A stretch of 64,000 nt of DNA from Candidatus Micrarchaeota archaeon. Its GTDB lineage: Archaea > Micrarchaeota > Micrarchaeia > Micrarchaeales > CABMGC01. The DNA lies in assembly GCA_021803425.1 (NCBI GenBank), contig JAJZLN010000007.1, positions 7,583 through 71,582 on the forward strand, given 5' to 3'. This document shows, piece after piece, positions 34,752 to 44,284 of this stretch; positions within the stretch are counted from its first letter, which is position 1; each line of letters starts with the position of its first letter. The translations under genes and the position numbers were made by a program. The notes under the pieces are model-generated. The model searched no databases. It was not told the origin of the DNA and was given only the letters and a program-made list of their open reading frames with translations.

Positions 34752-35609
34752 TCAAACCTTGTTCCTTCTGCCGAATTCATATATATACTGCTGCGCATAG
34801 CCTCTGTATCTGCCCCATTTTTCGATTGAGAATTCATGTATCTGCCTTATGCTCTTCTTCTTTCCTTTGAAATACTCCTTTTCAATCACCCTCTTTATCC
34901 ACACGTCTATGGGAAACGACTCAAATTTTCCGTATCCGAAAAGGAGTATGCAGTCAGCCACCTTATCTCCTATCCCGTCAAGTTCCATAAGCTTATCCTT
35001 TGCAACTTCATATTTGAGTCTGTAAAGCCTCTCCGCATCAAAATTGTTCTCAAACTCCGCCGCTACGCTCTTGATGTATTTGTCCCTGAATCCAGTGCCG
35101 CATTTTCTTATATCTGCAAGATCCGCAGATGCCAAGGCGCCAGAGCTAGGAAAGAGCCTGCTTCCTTCTCTTTCTTCACCAAATTTTTCTATCATTCTAA
35201 GCATTATATGCCTTATCCTCTTTATGTTGTTGAACTGCGATATAAGGAAGCAGAGGGTGGCTTCCCATGGGCTGCTCTTAGTCACCCTCATCCCGTAGCA
35301 TCCCGAAATTGCCTTTGCCATAAATCCGTCGGTGTTTATGTTTGAATATACCGATTTCATGTCATGGTCTATGCCCAGCCTTTTCACTATGTCCTCAGAT
35401 GCCGATTTGGATGAATAGTCACCAGTAAATCCAAACTCTATTATATTATTCCGCTTGCTGTATGAAACATCTATCTTTCCTCTTTCAGTTACATAGCCTA
35501 ATCCCTCAAATACCTTTTCAAATTCCATGTCCGCGTAAAATGCAAGCGGCTGACCACCGTCAATGGTATGCTTCAGGCTGAAATTTTCTGCATGTATCAT
35601 AATTTCCAT
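34752..35609 (-). CDS. ogg: 8-oxoguanine DNA glycosylase / AP lyase (Ogg, HhH-GPD family)
   Basis: The HhH-GPD region is LMELDGIGDKVADCILLFGYGKFESFPIDVWIKR, and the C-terminus has AQQYIY. Confidence 0.82.
   Translation of the reverse strand: MEIMIHAENFSLKHTIDGGQPLAFYADMEFEKVFEGLGYVTERGKIDVSYSKRNNIIEFGFTGDYSSKSASEDIVKRLGIDHDMKSVYSNINTDGFMAKAISGCYGMRVTKSSPWEATLCFLISQFNNIKRIRHIMLRMIEKFGEEREGSRLFPSSGALASADLADIRKCGTGFRDKYIKSVAAEFENNFDAERLYRLKYEVAKDKLMELDGIGDKVADCILLFGYGKFESFPIDVWIKRVIEKEYFKGKKKSIRQIHEFSIEKWGRYRGYAQQYIYEFGRRNKV
34763..34794. repeat. Direct repeat DR-2 (the functional 3' end of ogg)
   Basis: tccttctgccgaattcatatatatactgctgc encodes the ogg C-terminus QQYIYEFGRRNKV. Confidence 0.85.
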
Positions 35610-35665
35610 AAAAGTATCTGTATGTATCTTTATAGTTTCGCTTTTGATATAATATTGGTGTATAT

Positions 35666-36625
35666 TTGAAAAGGCTGGCAGTCATAGGGATAGGAAGCTG
35701 GGGAAGCAGGGTCGCAAGGGAAGCCGCAATACTGCTAAAGAATGGAGCAATAGATTCACTATCCTTGTGTGACATAAAAAAGGAAAAGATGGATGCATTC
35801 AAGCGCAACAATTCCGAGCTTCTGAAGGACATTTCCGGAATTTCGTTCCACAGCAATGCAGATAGCGTAGTGAAGGGTGGCATAGACTTCGCACATATAT
35901 GTACGCAGAACAGCGCGCACCTGGAAGTTGCTAGTCTAATGGTAAAAAACAAAATCCCATTCATAGTGGAAAAGCCTGTAAGCGACAAGATAAGCGAAGT
36001 AAATGCTATGGAAAAGCTCATCAAGGCAAATAAAGGGCTTGTGGCTAAGAACGGGCTGATATTCAGGTTCGATAATTCGATAAAGGAAGCCAAGAAGCTT
36101 TACAAAAATGACCTTGGAAAGGTGCATTTCCTGAGATTCTATTGGGAATTTGCACGGGACTACATGCCAAATGTCGATATAATATGGGATCTCATGCCCC
36201 ATCTTATAGACATATTCCACTTCATAACCAATGAGGAGTCGCATTTCGTTGCCGGCATAAAGACCCAGTTCAGGAGAAAGAATGATTCTGAGCTTGCGAC
36301 AATAATTCTTGAGACTCAGAGCGGAGTAAAAGGCGTATTCAACATATCCTGGTTTTCAAGCAGGAAGAACAGGATAATAGAAATATTCGGAGAAAAAAAG
36401 ATGCTCAGGGCTGACATACTTGAGCAGTCAATAACGCTTTTCGATTCAAAAGACATAAACCGTTCTGATACCGTTCAGGTAGCCAAAAACAATACCATAG
36501 CAGATGAGCTTACAAATCTGATAAATGACGCCCAATCCGGAAAGAATACTGTAAACAACATAGAGATAGGCATAGGCATAGCAAAATATCTCGATCTGAT
36601 CGACAAGAAATCAAAGCCTATCTGA
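35666..36625 (+). CDS. Gfo/Idh/MocA-family NAD-dependent oxidoreductase (WbpB-like sugar 3-dehydrogenase candidate)
   Basis: It has the N-terminal Rossmann LAVIGIGSWGSRVARE and the motif EKP. It uses a TTG start. Its neighbours are a DegT aminotransferase and an LbH acetyltransferase. Confidence 0.7.
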   Translation: MKRLAVIGIGSWGSRVAREAAILLKNGAIDSLSLCDIKKEKMDAFKRNNSELLKDISGISFHSNADSVVKGGIDFAHICTQNSAHLEVASLMVKNKIPFIVEKPVSDKISEVNAMEKLIKANKGLVAKNGLIFRFDNSIKEAKKLYKNDLGKVHFLRFYWEFARDYMPNVDIIWDLMPHLIDIFHFITNEESHFVAGIKTQFRRKNDSELATIILETQSGVKGVFNISWFSSRKNRIIEIFGEKKMLRADILEQSITLFDSKDINRSDTVQVAKNNTIADELTNLINDAQSGKNTVNNIEIGIGIAKYLDLIDKKSKPI

Positions 36626-37070
36626 TCTTCTTTACGATCCTTGCCGGGCATCCGTATGCAAGTCTGTAGGCAGGTATGTCTTTTGTAACAACCGAACCTG
36701 CGCCTATCATAGCATGCTTACCTATCCTGACTCCTGGCACTATTACGCTTCCTGCCCCTATAGATGCCCAGTCTTCGACTACCGTCCTGTAAAGCTTCCA
36801 GTCATCTCTTACCGTCGGGTATTTATCATTTGTGAATACTACTCCTGGGCCTATGAGAACATCATTGCCTATGGTTACGCCTGTGGGTATGAACGTGTGC
36901 GGTTTTATCTTGCATCTGTCGCCTATCACTGCCCCTTCCTCTATATAAACGAATGATTCCACTTTGCACATCGATCCGATCCTGCATCCATACAGATTTA
37001 CATGATCCCTGATCACAGTGCCCTTGCCAATCTTGACATTCTTTATTACTGAAAATCCCGGTTTTTTCAT
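36618..37070 (-). CDS. Hexapeptide-repeat N-acetyltransferase (WbpD/WxcM-C-like)
   Basis: 150 aa, hexapeptide repeats almost throughout (IGDRCKIKPHTFIPTGVTIGNDVLIGPGVVF...IGAGSVIVPGVRIGKHAMIGAGSVV). Confidence 0.8.
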   Translation of the reverse strand: MKKPGFSVIKNVKIGKGTVIRDHVNLYGCRIGSMCKVESFVYIEEGAVIGDRCKIKPHTFIPTGVTIGNDVLIGPGVVFTNDKYPTVRDDWKLYRTVVEDWASIGAGSVIVPGVRIGKHAMIGAGSVVTKDIPAYRLAYGCPARIVKKIR

Positions 37071-37071
37071 G

Positions 37072-38187
37072 CTATCGCCTGTCGAAGAAACCTTCCACAG
37101 TCTCGCAAATGAATCTTACTTGCTCATCCTCAAGGAATACGTGCATCGGAAGGCTGAGGCAGCTCTTCGAAAACACTTCACTGTTCTTGAAGTCCCCTTC
37201 CTTAAATCCGAATCTGTTCCTATACACCGGCTGCAGGTGTATCGGGATGGGGTAGTGTATGCCTGTCTCTATTCCATGATCATCAAGATATGCTTTCAGT
37301 TCATCACGGCGCTCTGTTGTAATAACGAATTGGTGGAATACCGGCTCGAAATTTTTGTCCGGCATCTGCGGCAGCCCTAGCCCGTCTACATGCTTTAGCC
37401 TTTCATTGTAGATTCTAGCTATGCTTCGCCTCTTGTTGTTCCAGTTGCCTATATGCCTTAGCTGCACTCTCCCTATCGCAGCATTGACGGAACTCATTCT
37501 TGCAGTATACCCTATCAGATCGTGCTCATATTTAGATATTCTTCCAGAGTCGCGCAGTTTTCTGCATATATCAGCAATTTCCTCATTATCCGTAGTTACC
37601 ATGCCTCCATCCCCAAGCACAGTCATGTTCTTGCTCGGGTAGAAAGAAAACGCAGCGGCATCTCCAAGGCTGCCAATCTTCCTGCCTTTGTACTTTGCTC
37701 CGTGCGCCTGGCATGCGTCTTCAATTATCTTCACATTGTGCTCCGACGCTATTTCAGCGAACTTGTCAAAGTCTACGGGCTGTCCGTATATGTGCACCGG
37801 TATTATCCCTGCTGCTTTGTTCTTCCTTACAGCTTTCTCTGCAGCATCAGGATCAATGCAGTAGTCCTTCAGCGATATGTCAGCAAATGCCGGAATGCCG
37901 CCTGCATGTATTATGCAGTTTGATGACGCGATGAATGACATTGGCGATGTTACCCATTTCTTCCCCTCCGCCCCTATTGAAATAAGTATGAACGCAAGAG
38001 CAGCAGTGCCAGAGCTTGTAGATACCGCATGTTTCGTGCCTACGAATCTTGAAAACTCTTCTTCAAACTTTACAACATTTTCCCCGTAAAGATACCTGTC
38101 ATTGCGAAGAGCGTCTACTGCCGCATCCTCCATCTCCTTTGTGAATACCGGGCTGCCCTGATGTATCTTGTCTCTAATTAAAAACAC
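37072..38187 (-). CDS. DegT/DnrJ/EryC1-family PLP-dependent sugar aminotransferase (WbpE-like)
   Basis: 371 aa with DACQAHGAKYKGRKIGSLGDAAAFSFYPSKNMT, which contains the PLP-binding Lys. Confidence 0.88.
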   Translation of the reverse strand: MFLIRDKIHQGSPVFTKEMEDAAVDALRNDRYLYGENVVKFEEEFSRFVGTKHAVSTSSGTAALAFILISIGAEGKKWVTSPMSFIASSNCIIHAGGIPAFADISLKDYCIDPDAAEKAVRKNKAAGIIPVHIYGQPVDFDKFAEIASEHNVKIIEDACQAHGAKYKGRKIGSLGDAAAFSFYPSKNMTVLGDGGMVTTDNEEIADICRKLRDSGRISKYEHDLIGYTARMSSVNAAIGRVQLRHIGNWNNKRRSIARIYNERLKHVDGLGLPQMPDKNFEPVFHQFVITTERRDELKAYLDDHGIETGIHYPIPIHLQPVYRNRFGFKEGDFKNSEVFSKSCLSLPMHVFLEDEQVRFICETVEGFFDRR

Positions 38188-38238
38188 CCCATAAGTATTG
38201 GAGATAGACTTATAAAAACCTATACAGACATAAGGTAA

Positions 38239-39303
38239 ATGATTGCTGTGGAAGGAATTTCGCTTTTGCTATTCTCAAGGAATGATATCAAAAAAGCGCT
38301 CATGCTTGTGAAGGATATGTATGGGTGTTCAGATGAGATAATACTTTGCGATAGCAGCGACCGCAAGGAGCACGCGAAGCTGCTCTCAGAGACTAAAAGG
38401 CTGAAGCTGAACAAGCTTAGGATATTTTATACCGTGCCTCTCGGTTATCTGGAGCCCACGCTCATGTATGTCATAAAAAAGAGCAGATACAGGTGGTGCA
38501 TCCTTTTGGGAACAGATGAGCGCATAAGCCCGAGGCTCAAAATTGACCTGCACAAATTGATCAATGACTATAAATGCAGCTCCTTCTCAATAAGGAGATT
38601 CGAGGATGTAAGCGGAAACAAGAAGGGTGCATATACAAACTGGCAGACAAGGCTGTTCAGAAAAGACAGAATATCCTTCAGGGGCATAATACACGAAGAG
38701 CCGGTAGTGTCCGGAACAACGATCAAATTGACAGATGCTAATTACTTCATAGATCATGTAAATGAACTCAAGGGAGATTCATCGAAGGGTTACAGCAGAA
38801 TGGAGAGGTTCCTTAGGATGTCGTACAAGTCATTCAATGAGCGCCTTATAGACTATTTCTACAAGATCACCGTCCCAAAGAAGCACAATGCGCCTGGCGC
38901 ATTCGGAGGAAGCCTCATGTCTCTTTTACTTCTTTATGAAAGGCTAGGCAACAAGCACCTAGAAGACGAGATAAGCGACTTTGACTATTTCGCGTTTTAT
39001 TATCTATATTCGCTGGCAACGAGCTTCAAGATGCGCAGGCCAGGCGCATTTATCAATGCCTTTCGTGACGGAAAGCAGATGCTTGGCAAGGTAAGGGAGT
39101 GGCAGGCTGCTCCAGATGGAGACATGGAATTTGAGATATCAAAGATACTGTACAAAAAAGGGCTCATAAGGTTTTTGGAGCTTGATAAGGTCGAAACGAT
39201 AAAATGGATAAATAAGAAATATGCAAATAGGGACGGTGGCATAGACCTGCTGATAAGTCTCCTGAAGCTGCGCTACAAAAAAGGCGAAAGGTGGCTGGAT
39301 TGA
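38239..39303 (+). CDS. GT2-like glycosyltransferase with a helical C-terminal extension (paralog of 46643..47650)
   Basis: ISLLLFSRNDIKKALMLVKDMYGCSDEIILCDSSD is followed by ILLGTDERIS, which is DxD-like. The paralog has the same layout and both are followed by a GT4 gene. Confidence 0.6.
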   Translation: MIAVEGISLLLFSRNDIKKALMLVKDMYGCSDEIILCDSSDRKEHAKLLSETKRLKLNKLRIFYTVPLGYLEPTLMYVIKKSRYRWCILLGTDERISPRLKIDLHKLINDYKCSSFSIRRFEDVSGNKKGAYTNWQTRLFRKDRISFRGIIHEEPVVSGTTIKLTDANYFIDHVNELKGDSSKGYSRMERFLRMSYKSFNERLIDYFYKITVPKKHNAPGAFGGSLMSLLLLYERLGNKHLEDEISDFDYFAFYYLYSLATSFKMRRPGAFINAFRDGKQMLGKVREWQAAPDGDMEFEISKILYKKGLIRFLELDKVETIKWINKKYANRDGGIDLLISLLKLRYKKGERWLD

Positions 39304-40358
39304 ATATTGCAATGATAAACAGCATAAAACCAATGCGGGGAAGCGGCGATGGCATAAGCGAGTATTCATACCAGCTTTATCTCCAGCTTAAGAAAGAGAA
39401 CACAGTAAAGGAGGTATATGCAATAGACAGGGCCAGGAAAAACGACATAATCGGGCTGATAAGGGTAAATACAAAGCTTAGCTCAATTGCAGTAGCTGCA
39501 GGCAAAGAAAGCCATGATATATTCCACATAACAAATCAGGAAGTTGGGTTTGCTGCAAACGATGTAAGGACTGCAAACCCTGAAAATAACATTATAACCA
39601 CAATACATGACGTATCAAGATTCGAGCGCAATCTGCACAAAGGCGCACTCCAGAAGGCATTCAACGAGATAGTCAAAAGGAGCATAAAGACAGCAATAAA
39701 GAATTCTGATTTTCTGATATTTGATTCAAGCCTAACGAAGCAGGAAACATTAAAGCATTTCAGGATAAACAGATCGGCGGTCATCAATATAGGGATAAGC
39801 AGCGAATTTTCCAGAAATATTTCGGGCAGAAGAAACAGTATATTTACTGTAGGCTACATTGGATCCTTTGCACACCATAAGAATGTGGGCATGCTCTTCA
39901 ATGCAGCAAAATTATCAAAAGGTAGAAAAACAAATTTTATCATATACGGAGAAGGCACAGAAAGAAAGAACCTTGAACGATTCAAGATCAAAAATGGACT
40001 TGAGAATCTTAGAATGATGGGCTTTGCTCCAGAATCAAGGAAGGTAAGCATATACGACAGTTTCGACGCATTCGTATTCCCAAGCCTTTACGAAGGGTTC
40101 GGCATACCAATTATAGAGGCGCAGGCGAGAGGCCTTCCTGTAATAATATATAAGAATGGAAAAATTCCAAAAGAAGTAAGAAAGTACTGCTTGGAAGCTG
40201 ATAATGAAGAGCACATGGCGCAGATAATAGAAAGCTTAAAAAAAAATGGATACAATGAAAGGATTAGGAAGAAGGCCACAGAGTATGCACGGAGCTTCAC
40301 ATGGGAGAAGTGCGCAAAGGAAACCTTAAAAGTTTACAATAATGTATTAAATGGGTGA
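39291..40358 (+). CDS. GT4-family (GT-B) glycosyltransferase, copy A
   Basis: It has the C-terminal donor-domain motif FVFPSLYEGFGIPIIEAQARGLPVI (E-x7-E). The start may be the Met at 39312. Confidence 0.85.
   Translation: MAGLNIAMINSIKPMRGSGDGISEYSYQLYLQLKKENTVKEVYAIDRARKNDIIGLIRVNTKLSSIAVAAGKESHDIFHITNQEVGFAANDVRTANPENNIITTIHDVSRFERNLHKGALQKAFNEIVKRSIKTAIKNSDFLIFDSSLTKQETLKHFRINRSAVINIGISSEFSRNISGRRNSIFTVGYIGSFAHHKNVGMLFNAAKLSKGRKTNFIIYGEGTERKNLERFKIKNGLENLRMMGFAPESRKVSIYDSFDAFVFPSLYEGFGIPIIEAQARGLPVIIYKNGKIPKEVRKYCLEADNEEHMAQIIESLKKNGYNERIRKKATEYARSFTWEKCAKETLKVYNNVLNG
40017..40330. repeat. Conserved GT4 3'-module, copy A
   Basis: It aligns at nucleotide level to 48361-48649 and 53390-53703. 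In the stretch 40052-40147 versus 48396-48491 I count 91 of 96 identical positions. Confidence 0.85.
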
Positions 40359-40920
40359 TTTCGTGAATGTCGATGAGATAAAGGAGTACATGAATGAAGG
40401 TGCAGAGCTAAGGAAAAAAATAAATCACCTGCAGGTCTATGAGCTCGGAATTGAGCTTTCAAAAAGATTCAGAGACGGCCATAAGCTCCTTATTTTTGGG
40501 AACGGAGGGAGCGCAGCAGATTCACAGCATATAGCGACAGAGTTTGTAAGCAAGTTCAGGAAGGACAGAAAAGCGCTTCCTGCATTGGCGCTCAATACAA
40601 ATACCTCGTCGCTCACCGCAATAAGCAATGACTACGACTTCGGAAGGGTATTTGAAAGGCAAGTCGAGGCATTTGCAAGCAATGGAGATGTAGTCATAGG
40701 GATATCTACGAGCGGAAATTCAGAGAATATTGTAAGAGGGTTGAAAAAAGCGAGGGAGATGGGGTGCCTTGCAGTAGGGTTTACTGGAAAAGGCGGGGGC
40801 AGGGTAAAGGATGCTGCAGACATTACAATAAATGTTGACAGTACTGAGACGTCACTAATACAGGAAGTCCACATAGCAATAGGACACATAATATCAAAAA
40901 TTGTCGAAGATTCGCTATGA
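40351..40920 (+). CDS. gmhA: Phosphoheptose (sedoheptulose-7-phosphate) isomerase
   Basis: It has the SIS-domain motif LIFGNGGSAADSQHIATEF, then AISNDYDF and GISTSGNSENI. Confidence 0.88.
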   Translation: MGDFVNVDEIKEYMNEGAELRKKINHLQVYELGIELSKRFRDGHKLLIFGNGGSAADSQHIATEFVSKFRKDRKALPALALNTNTSSLTAISNDYDFGRVFERQVEAFASNGDVVIGISTSGNSENIVRGLKKAREMGCLAVGFTGKGGGRVKDAADITINVDSTETSLIQEVHIAIGHIISKIVEDSL

Positions 40921-41429
40921 AGCCAGCATTGTTCATAGACAGGGACGGAACTATAAACAAGGATTGTCCATACTGCAGAAATGAAAGCGAAATAAAAATA
41001 TTCGACGATGTATTTGCACCTATTGCAAAGCTGTCAAAAATATTCTATATAATAATAATTACAAATCAATCAGGCATATCAAGAGGCTATTTTTCACTTA
41101 GCGATCTTGAGATGATGAATGAAAAAATAAAAAGGGAAATGGCAAAAAGAGGCGGAAGAGTTGATGCGATATACTTCTGTCCACATAAAGATGAGGACAA
41201 CTGCAGTTGCAGGAAGCCGAAGGCTGGCATGATAGAAAAAGCAGCAAAGGATTTTGACATAGATCTTCCAAGGTCTTTTGTAATAGGGGACGATGATAAG
41301 GACATGCTTCTTGCCAAAAATATCGGTTTAAAGGGCATAAGGATAAGGAAAAAAGGCAATGAAAAAGGGGACTACTTTGCGGAAGATTTTTATGGTGTTC
41401 TAGAAGCAATAAATAATCACATAAGGTAA
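40917..41429 (+). CDS. gmhB: D-glycero-D-manno-heptose 1,7-bisphosphate phosphatase (HAD)
   Basis: Motifs FIDRDGTINKD, ITNQSGISRGYF and CPHKDEDNCSCRKPKAGM are followed by GDDDKD. Confidence 0.88.
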   Translation: MKPALFIDRDGTINKDCPYCRNESEIKIFDDVFAPIAKLSKIFYIIIITNQSGISRGYFSLSDLEMMNEKIKREMAKRGGRVDAIYFCPHKDEDNCSCRKPKAGMIEKAAKDFDIDLPRSFVIGDDDKDMLLAKNIGLKGIRIRKKGNEKGDYFAEDFYGVLEAINNHIR

Positions 41430-41433
41430 TAAA

Positions 41434-42348
41434 ATGGAACTTAGAGACAAAAAGATAATTGTTACTGGAGGTGCAGGGTTCATAGGAAGCAATCTTGTAG
41501 AAACGTTATGCACAAACAACGAGATATGTGTTATAGACAATTTACATACTGGGTCTAAGCATAATTTATCGTTTGCCATGAAATCCGGAAAAGTCAAATT
41601 TTACGAAACGAACTCTGGAAACATATCTAAAATTAGATTTGATGCAGATATAGTATATCATCTTGGCATGTATTCAGCATCTCCAATGTATAGAAAAAAT
41701 CCAAATCTTCTTGGCAATGTAACAAGTGAAATGATAAAAGTATTAGAATACATAAAGGATAGAAACATCCCTCTTGTTTTTGCCTCAACTTCCTCTATTT
41801 ATAATGGAATAAAACCACCCCATAGGGAAGATGCGAGATATAATGTATCTGATTTTTATACTGAAGGGAGGATATTTGCCGAAAGAATGTCAGAACTTTA
41901 CAATAAGCTTTACGAATGCGATATAGCTGCAATGCGCTTCTTTTCTGTTTATGGGTGGCATGAAGAAGCAAAGGGCAACTATGCAAATTTAGTATCTCAA
42001 TTTTTATGGAACATGCAAAAAAACAAGCGACCAATTATATATGGTGACGGAACACAAAAAAGGGATTTCATATTCGTTGAAGATGTTGTTACCGCGTTGA
42101 TAAAAGCATCAAAAATTTATGGATTCAATGTTTTCAATGTGGGATATGGAAAAAGTTTTACGCTTAATGGTCTGGTAGACATATTAAATGATGAATTAGA
42201 TAAGAGTATAAAACCAAAATACATACCAATGCCCGTAAGCAATTATGTCAAGGAGACTTTGGCAGATCCGAAGAAATCAGAAAGACTGCTTAAATTCAAA
42301 GCAAAAACAAGCATTTACAATGGAATTCATAAAATTTTGAACAGATGA
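41434..42348 (+). CDS. NAD-dependent nucleotide-sugar epimerase/dehydratase (extended SDR)
   Basis: It has VTGGAGFIGSNLVE. The catalytic region reads YTEGRIFAE (Y-x3-R rather than Y-x3-K). It is a paralog of 43394..44275. Confidence 0.75.
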   Translation: MELRDKKIIVTGGAGFIGSNLVETLCTNNEICVIDNLHTGSKHNLSFAMKSGKVKFYETNSGNISKIRFDADIVYHLGMYSASPMYRKNPNLLGNVTSEMIKVLEYIKDRNIPLVFASTSSIYNGIKPPHREDARYNVSDFYTEGRIFAERMSELYNKLYECDIAAMRFFSVYGWHEEAKGNYANLVSQFLWNMQKNKRPIIYGDGTQKRDFIFVEDVVTALIKASKIYGFNVFNVGYGKSFTLNGLVDILNDELDKSIKPKYIPMPVSNYVKETLADPKKSERLLKFKAKTSIYNGIHKILNR

Positions 42349-42352
42349 ATAT

Positions 42353-43351
42353 ATGTTTGCTACAAGAAGAAGAATGATAATGTCAAGGACGCCACTTAGG
42401 ATAACCTTTGTGGGTGGAGGCACTGATCTTCCAGAATTTTATAAAAATTACGGTAATGGTGCCGTCATATCTTCTGCAATAAATAAATACGTTTATGTAA
42501 TTATCCACAAACGTTTCGATGATAGCATTCGAGTTGGCTATACAAAAACTGAAATAGTAAAAAATGTTGAAGATATAATGCACCCTACTGTGAGGGAATC
42601 GCTTAAATTTCTTGGGATAAGTGGGGGGATAGAAATAACTACAATGGCAGATATACCTTCCGGAGGCACCGGAATGGGTTCCAGCAGTAGCTTTCTGGTG
42701 GGTTTACTAAATGCACTTCATGCATGGAAAGGAGAGTATGCTACCCCTGCAGAGCTTGCAGAAGAGGCTGTGGAGATAGAGAGATCAATATTGAAAGAAC
42801 CTGGCGGTAAACAGGATCAATATATAGCTGCATTCGGCGGATTGCAATTAATGGAATTCGAAAAAGATGAAGTTGTAAATATTATTCCTATAATTATGAA
42901 AGAATCAAGCCGCAAGAAATTGCAATCACATCTCCTGATGATTTATACTGGAATAGAAAGAAGTTCGGCAAATATACATTTAAAACAAAGATTACAGATA
43001 AAGAAGCACCTTAATAGTTATAAAAAAATGGCAAAACTTGCATATAATATGTTTGATGACCTTTCCGATAACAAATGGGATAAAACCGGCATATACCTGA
43101 CTCAGAACTGGAATCTTAAGAAGACATTGAGTGATGGTATAACTGACGGCGTAATAAATGATCATATAATTCGTGCACATAAAGCAGGTGCACAGGGCTG
43201 GAAGCTTATTGGTGCAGGAGGCGGTGGATTTCTTTTATTTTATGCGCCTAAAAACAAACATACTGATATAATAAAATCTTTAAAGCCACTCAGACCAGAA
43301 CCGTTTGAATTTTCATTTTCAGGAAGCAGAATAGTCTATGTCGGTGATTGA
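42353..43351 (+). CDS. hddA: GHMP-family D-glycero-D-manno-heptose 7-phosphate kinase
   Basis: It has SRTPLRITFVGGGTDLPEFY, the GHMP motif PSGGTGMGSSSS and the C-terminal GAGGGGFLLFY. Confidence 0.8.
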   Translation: MFATRRRMIMSRTPLRITFVGGGTDLPEFYKNYGNGAVISSAINKYVYVIIHKRFDDSIRVGYTKTEIVKNVEDIMHPTVRESLKFLGISGGIEITTMADIPSGGTGMGSSSSFLVGLLNALHAWKGEYATPAELAEEAVEIERSILKEPGGKQDQYIAAFGGLQLMEFEKDEVVNIIPIIMKESSRKKLQSHLLMIYTGIERSSANIHLKQRLQIKKHLNSYKKMAKLAYNMFDDLSDNKWDKTGIYLTQNWNLKKTLSDGITDGVINDHIIRAHKAGAQGWKLIGAGGGGFLLFYAPKNKHTDIIKSLKPLRPEPFEFSFSGSRIVYVGD

Positions 43352-43393
43352 AATTAAATATTTATTTAATTATAAAGATAAAATTGCGATTAA

Positions 43394-44275
43394 ATGACAA
43401 AATTATTTATTACGGGAATTTGTGGCTTCATAGGCAGGAATGTTGCGAAGCGGGCGTTGGAGCTAGGTTATGTTGTTTCAGGAGCCGACATAAAACTGAT
43501 TAAGATTCCGGGGGTAAAGGTCACCAAGGCAGATATAAGAAATAAAAAAGCTATGTTAAAGCTTACGAAAAATGTTGACTATGTAATACATCTTGCTGCG
43601 GTTACCTCCAACCTAGAGTTTGAAAAGAATATGCCTTATGCTTATGATGTCAATGTAAATGGATTTAATAATGTAATTGAGGCAGCTTACAGAAATAGAT
43701 GCAAGAAGTTTATTTACGCCTCAAGCTCTGCCGTTTATTCAAATGAGTTCTCTGAAGATACCGTAATAGATATTGGCAGAATGAGAAACCATTATGCAAA
43801 GACCAAGCTGATGAACGAGGCTGTTGGAAAATCTTATAGATTGAATAATATTTTGGATGCTATAGGGCTGCGTTTCTTCAATGTATACGGCAACGGCGAG
43901 AACGAAAAGGGCAATTATGCAAGCATAATAAATATTTTCAGGAAATACAAAAAAGCTGGTAAGCGGATAGTTATATATGGCAACGGAAAGCAGGCCCGGG
44001 ATTTTGTATATGTAAGGGATGTAGCTGAGATAGTGTTGCTTATACTGAATAAAGGTAAAAAAGATTTATACAATATTGGTACAGGAAAGACAGTCTCTTA
44101 TAATGAAATAGCAGAAATGATCGACACTAAAAAGAAGAAGCATGTAAAGAATCCGCTTTCCACTTACCAGCATCTTACAAAAGCTGATACGAAAAGGCTT
44201 CTTTATGCAATTGGATACTATAAATTTGTTGATGTAAGGGATGGAATATTAAAGTTTGCCGAGGATAATAATTAA
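43394..44275 (+). CDS. NAD-dependent nucleotide-sugar epimerase/dehydratase (extended SDR)
   Basis: It has ITGICGFIGRNVAKR and the catalytic YAKTK. Confidence 0.75.
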   Translation: MTKLFITGICGFIGRNVAKRALELGYVVSGADIKLIKIPGVKVTKADIRNKKAMLKLTKNVDYVIHLAAVTSNLEFEKNMPYAYDVNVNGFNNVIEAAYRNRCKKFIYASSSAVYSNEFSEDTVIDIGRMRNHYAKTKLMNEAVGKSYRLNNILDAIGLRFFNVYGNGENEKGNYASIINIFRKYKKAGKRIVIYGNGKQARDFVYVRDVAEIVLLILNKGKKDLYNIGTGKTVSYNEIAEMIDTKKKKHVKNPLSTYQHLTKADTKRLLYAIGYYKFVDVRDGILKFAEDNN

Positions 44276-44284
44276 TGTGAGTGC

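Larger units (their letters stand above)
33291..34794 (-). mobile_element. Putative inserted AbiEi/AbiEii cassette bounded by 32-bp direct repeats (no integrase seen)
   Basis: The two repeats lie 1472 bp apart and enclose exactly the two abiE genes. One repeat is the functional 3' end of ogg and the other is a relic next to the translin start. Confidence 0.4.

Noticed and set aside
40238-40246. A9 homopolymer inside GT4 copy A, with similar tracts of A9 at 45159-45167 and A8 at 50153-50160 and 50833-50840 inside glycan genes. These were considered as slipped-strand phase-variation switches.
   Set aside because: In this A/T-rich, Lys-rich coding region such runs are expected by composition. 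The tract in GT4-A is near the 3' end. There is no evidence of length variation from a single sequence, so it is only worth checking if population reads are available.
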